This document shows positions 18,126 to 20,456 of a stretch of 20,456 nucleotides of DNA, piece by piece; within the stretch, counting starts at the first letter, position 1; the number at the start of each line of letters is the position of its first letter. The translations under genes were made by a program, and so were the position numbers. The DNA comes from Fidelibacterota bacterium (GTDB lineage Bacteria > Fidelibacterota > Marinisomatia > Marinisomatales > TCS55), in the NCBI GenBank assembly GCA_046861385.1, contig JBHHTW010000037.1, forward strand, positions 1-20,456. Direction: 5' to 3'. The notes under the pieces are model-generated. The model saw only the letters and a list, made by a program, of their open reading frames with translations, was not told where the DNA came from and did no database searches.

Positions 18126-18706
18126 TTTATTGATATCATATCTTGAAATTTTGGAGATATTTTTTCTGGTCGAATACCACTCCAATAAAACATGAGATTA
18201 AGTGTTTTATCCATACCTTGAATCCTAATGGATTCCATCCATGCTGTAATTCGAAAATAATAATTTGTATTGCTGTTCAATTCTGTAACGTCTATTGTCG
18301 GTACGTTGTATATTAATGATAATTCGCTTTTAGCTTCGTCTAAATCTAACCCTAGCTGGATTGTTTCAATTTCTGATTTATAGATATCATAGGTTTTTTC
18401 CAACAAAGAATATCGAATCGAATGATTGAAGTTTTTCCGGTATATGGGTTGATGGTTATCGTCGGATAATAATTCCAATTTATAGTGAAATATAACTCGT
18501 TCCCCTGATTTGAAAATTTGATCCAAACCATCTGAATAGCAGTTAATTAATTGTGTTGAAACAATCACAGTATTTTGATACACATCCACATCCAAATGAG
18601 TAAAATCCGCTCTCACACCATCAATAGTTGAATAGAATAAAGAACCAACCGCAACGACTGTATTAATCGTTTTTTGAAACAGGCTTGTAAATATCCCAGG
18701 TTCCAT
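18122..18706 (-). CDS. Hypothetical protein, DUF4390-like
   Basis: 194-aa ORF coupled to the kinase. Size, position upstream of an ntrY/ntrX-like pair and the pattern LDQIFKSG..VIFHY...IRYSLLEKTY resemble DUF4390 proteins. Confidence 0.65.
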   Translation of the reverse strand: MEPGIFTSLFQKTINTVVAVGSLFYSTIDGVRADFTHLDVDVYQNTVIVSTQLINCYSDGLDQIFKSGERVIFHYKLELLSDDNHQPIYRKNFNHSIRYSLLEKTYDIYKSEIETIQLGLDLDEAKSELSLIYNVPTIDVTELNSNTNYYFRITAWMESIRIQGMDKTLNLMFYWSGIRPEKISPKFQDMISIK

Positions 18707-18742
18707 ATCTAAATATAAAGAGACTCGGTAAACATAATTTTA

Positions 18743-18790
18743 TAAAAAAGACACCCCAATTTCAAAATGGTTGCCTTCGAAATTGGGGTG
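18743..18790 (-). terminator. Rho-independent terminator after the PDZ-domain gene
   Basis: Minus strand CACCCCAATTTC-GAAG-GCAACCA-TTTT-GAAATTGGGGTG followed by TCTTTTTT; 12 perfect bp extendable with G-U pairs. Confidence 0.85.
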
Positions 18791-18819
18791 GTAATTGGGG
18801 AATCAGTTAAGGACTGACG

Positions 18820-20001
18820 TTAATTTCCGAACCAAATTCCGATTGTATAACTGGTATGACCGATATTCTTCGGAGAATTCCCAGTGACAGTAAAGTCAAA
18901 ATTTGATTCTTTCCATTCAGGTTCAGGTGAATACGTTCCAAGATATCCAACGTTTGCTGTTACACCAAACCAGCTGTTTATTCTAACCAAAACACCCGCA
19001 GATGGACGATAGACCATAAATGATTTTTCGAATTGAAAAGAATTACTGTTCATATCCTGAACAACGCTATCCCAGGCAAAAATACCATCAGATGTCGCCA
19101 TGGTTAATTTTGTTTGACCTCCACCAAGAAGCAGACCAAAATCCAGAATAACCTTTTTTGAAAAGAGAGCGTATTTCTTTGTTACCGTCACTCCGCCAAA
19201 GCCAAAATCCAACTGGTATCGTTTATATCCCTTTTTATTGGTAATGGGATCATTGTAGGGTATTTGCTGAGTTAATTGAGTTCCGGCGCCCATCCCACCA
19301 ATAAAAAGACCATTTCCAACATTACCCATACCAAATCCTCCAATTAACACTAGGGGTATATCTAAACTCTGAAAATCATTGACATCCAATATTTCATCTA
19401 ATCCAAGATCATAATTAATAATGAATGCCAATGGACCACCTCCGCCGTAGCCTACGGATTTTCTCTTTTTAGATTTTAATACTTTGCCATTTTTATCGAC
19501 TCTTGGCTGTGGGAGATTAAAGGTTAGTGTCTTATTTATTATTTGCTCATTCCGAAAAATAGTCAATTCAACGGAATCACCAACTTGTTTGCTGTCACGT
19601 AACGACAGTAAATGATCTTCAAAAAGAACCTTTTCCCCGTCAAATTCCATTATAATATCCCCTTTAACGAGACCTGCATTTTGGCCGTTCCCACCAGATG
19701 TTAATCCCGTTACTAATACTCCATAACAATGGGGATAATGTTTTTCATATGCATCTTTAAAATCTAAATCGGAAATATACAGTCCTAATCTTATATCCCC
19801 TTTATGTTCAAAATCAATTTTCAGATCACCGAGCTCCACTTCCATTCCTTCGAGCTCCTCAGTCAATTCCTGTAATACTTCATTGGATTCATCCAATCCT
19901 TTAATTATTACTTCCTGACTAAACGCTGGTTGATTACCGATTAGAGATGTCCATAAGATCACCTGTCCTATCATACTAATGTGTTTTTCCATTTTATTCA
20001 T
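18820..20001 (-). CDS. Exported PDZ-domain protein with C-terminal outer-membrane beta-barrel-like region
   Basis: AAGGAG RBS; possible signal peptide ending AFS-Q; acidic helical segment; PDZ pattern (RLGLYI...GVLVTGL..GGNGQNAGLVKGDIIMEFDG...VGDSVELTIFRN); Gly/aromatic alternating strands ending YTIGIWFGN. Confidence 0.8.
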   Translation of the reverse strand: MNKMEKHISMIGQVILWTSLIGNQPAFSQEVIIKGLDESNEVLQELTEELEGMEVELGDLKIDFEHKGDIRLGLYISDLDFKDAYEKHYPHCYGVLVTGLTSGGNGQNAGLVKGDIIMEFDGEKVLFEDHLLSLRDSKQVGDSVELTIFRNEQIINKTLTFNLPQPRVDKNGKVLKSKKRKSVGYGGGGPLAFIINYDLGLDEILDVNDFQSLDIPLVLIGGFGMGNVGNGLFIGGMGAGTQLTQQIPYNDPITNKKGYKRYQLDFGFGGVTVTKKYALFSKKVILDFGLLLGGGQTKLTMATSDGIFAWDSVVQDMNSNSFQFEKSFMVYRPSAGVLVRINSWFGVTANVGYLGTYSPEPEWKESNFDFTVTGNSPKNIGHTSYTIGIWFGN

Positions 20002-20382
20002 AATTTACTCCTTATTTGTATCTAAATTTCTAGTGACAGCATATTCCATTACAAATTCCAAGCCATCAGGTCACTCGTCGCCATATATCTCTATATGATA
20101 GTTATTTAAAGGATCTGTGAACCAATTTGAATGGATCGAGTATTCATATCATTATTATATAAATATATATTATTGATCTATAATTTTCATACTCAAAAGC
20201 AAATGTAGAGAGTTTATAAAACCTGACAGTTAAAGAGATTTTTAAATGTTAAAAAATTTGACTGGATTCTCATTCATAATATTATTATCAGCTACACCAG
20301 AATATAGAATTATGTGTAAATGGTCAAAATGTTTAACATAAAATGAAAGAATGAAAGCAAAATGTGCACCATGCCTAAATAA

Positions 20383-20456
20383 GCGAACCGGGAGTGGGTA
20401 ATTGCCTCGGTGGTCTAGCTAACCGGTCGCGCCGTAGCCCCCGCGTAGGCGGATCC
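20383..20456. repeat. GC-rich structured/REP-like element truncated at the window edge
   Basis: Abrupt GC rise after an AT-rich spacer; GCGA(A)CCGG/CCGGTCGC inverted repeat, then hairpin CGCC-GTA-GC-CCCC-GC-GTA-GGCG. Confidence 0.35.

Noticed and set aside
18126-18185. Longer N-terminus of the histidine kinase
   Set aside because: Overlaps the upstream gene by about 60 nt; the ATGA-coupled start at 18125 directly precedes the first TM segment.
20051-20065. Minus-strand TGGCTTGGAATTTGT as a sigma-54 promoter for the PDZ gene
   Set aside because: Spacing is right, but the -12 element is GT rather than GC and the -24 element lacks the usual AC; too weak to call without TSS data.
20451-20456. 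Terminal GGATCC as a BamHI cloning junction
   Set aside because: It overlaps the end of the terminal hairpin, there is no matching site at the left end, and internal GGATCC sites remain uncut.

Overview
AT-rich bacterial window (Gram-negative by gene content; lineage cannot be fixed from sequence alone) dominated by a complete [NiFe]-hydrogenase locus in two convergent operons. The + strand maturation operon is hypA-hypB-hypF-hypD-hypE-hypX(hoxX)-hypC plus a His-rich Ni/Co transporter-like gene (1367-9691). The - strand structural operon encodes a Tat-exported small subunit, large subunit, cytochrome b and maturation protease (13887-9792). The small subunit has both supernumerary cysteines of the O2-tolerant [4Fe-3S] class, consistent with the presence of HypX. 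At the left edge is a GMP-reductase-like gene absent from the ORF track (1-999, -), preceded by a hammerhead-ribozyme-like structured element (1148-1247, -). To the right are a CysK-fold PLP enzyme resembling H2S/serine-producing cysteine lyases, a DUF4390-like/NtrY-like/NtrX-like two-component operon, a PDZ plus beta-barrel-like exported protein with its own terminator, and a GC-rich structured element cut by the right edge.
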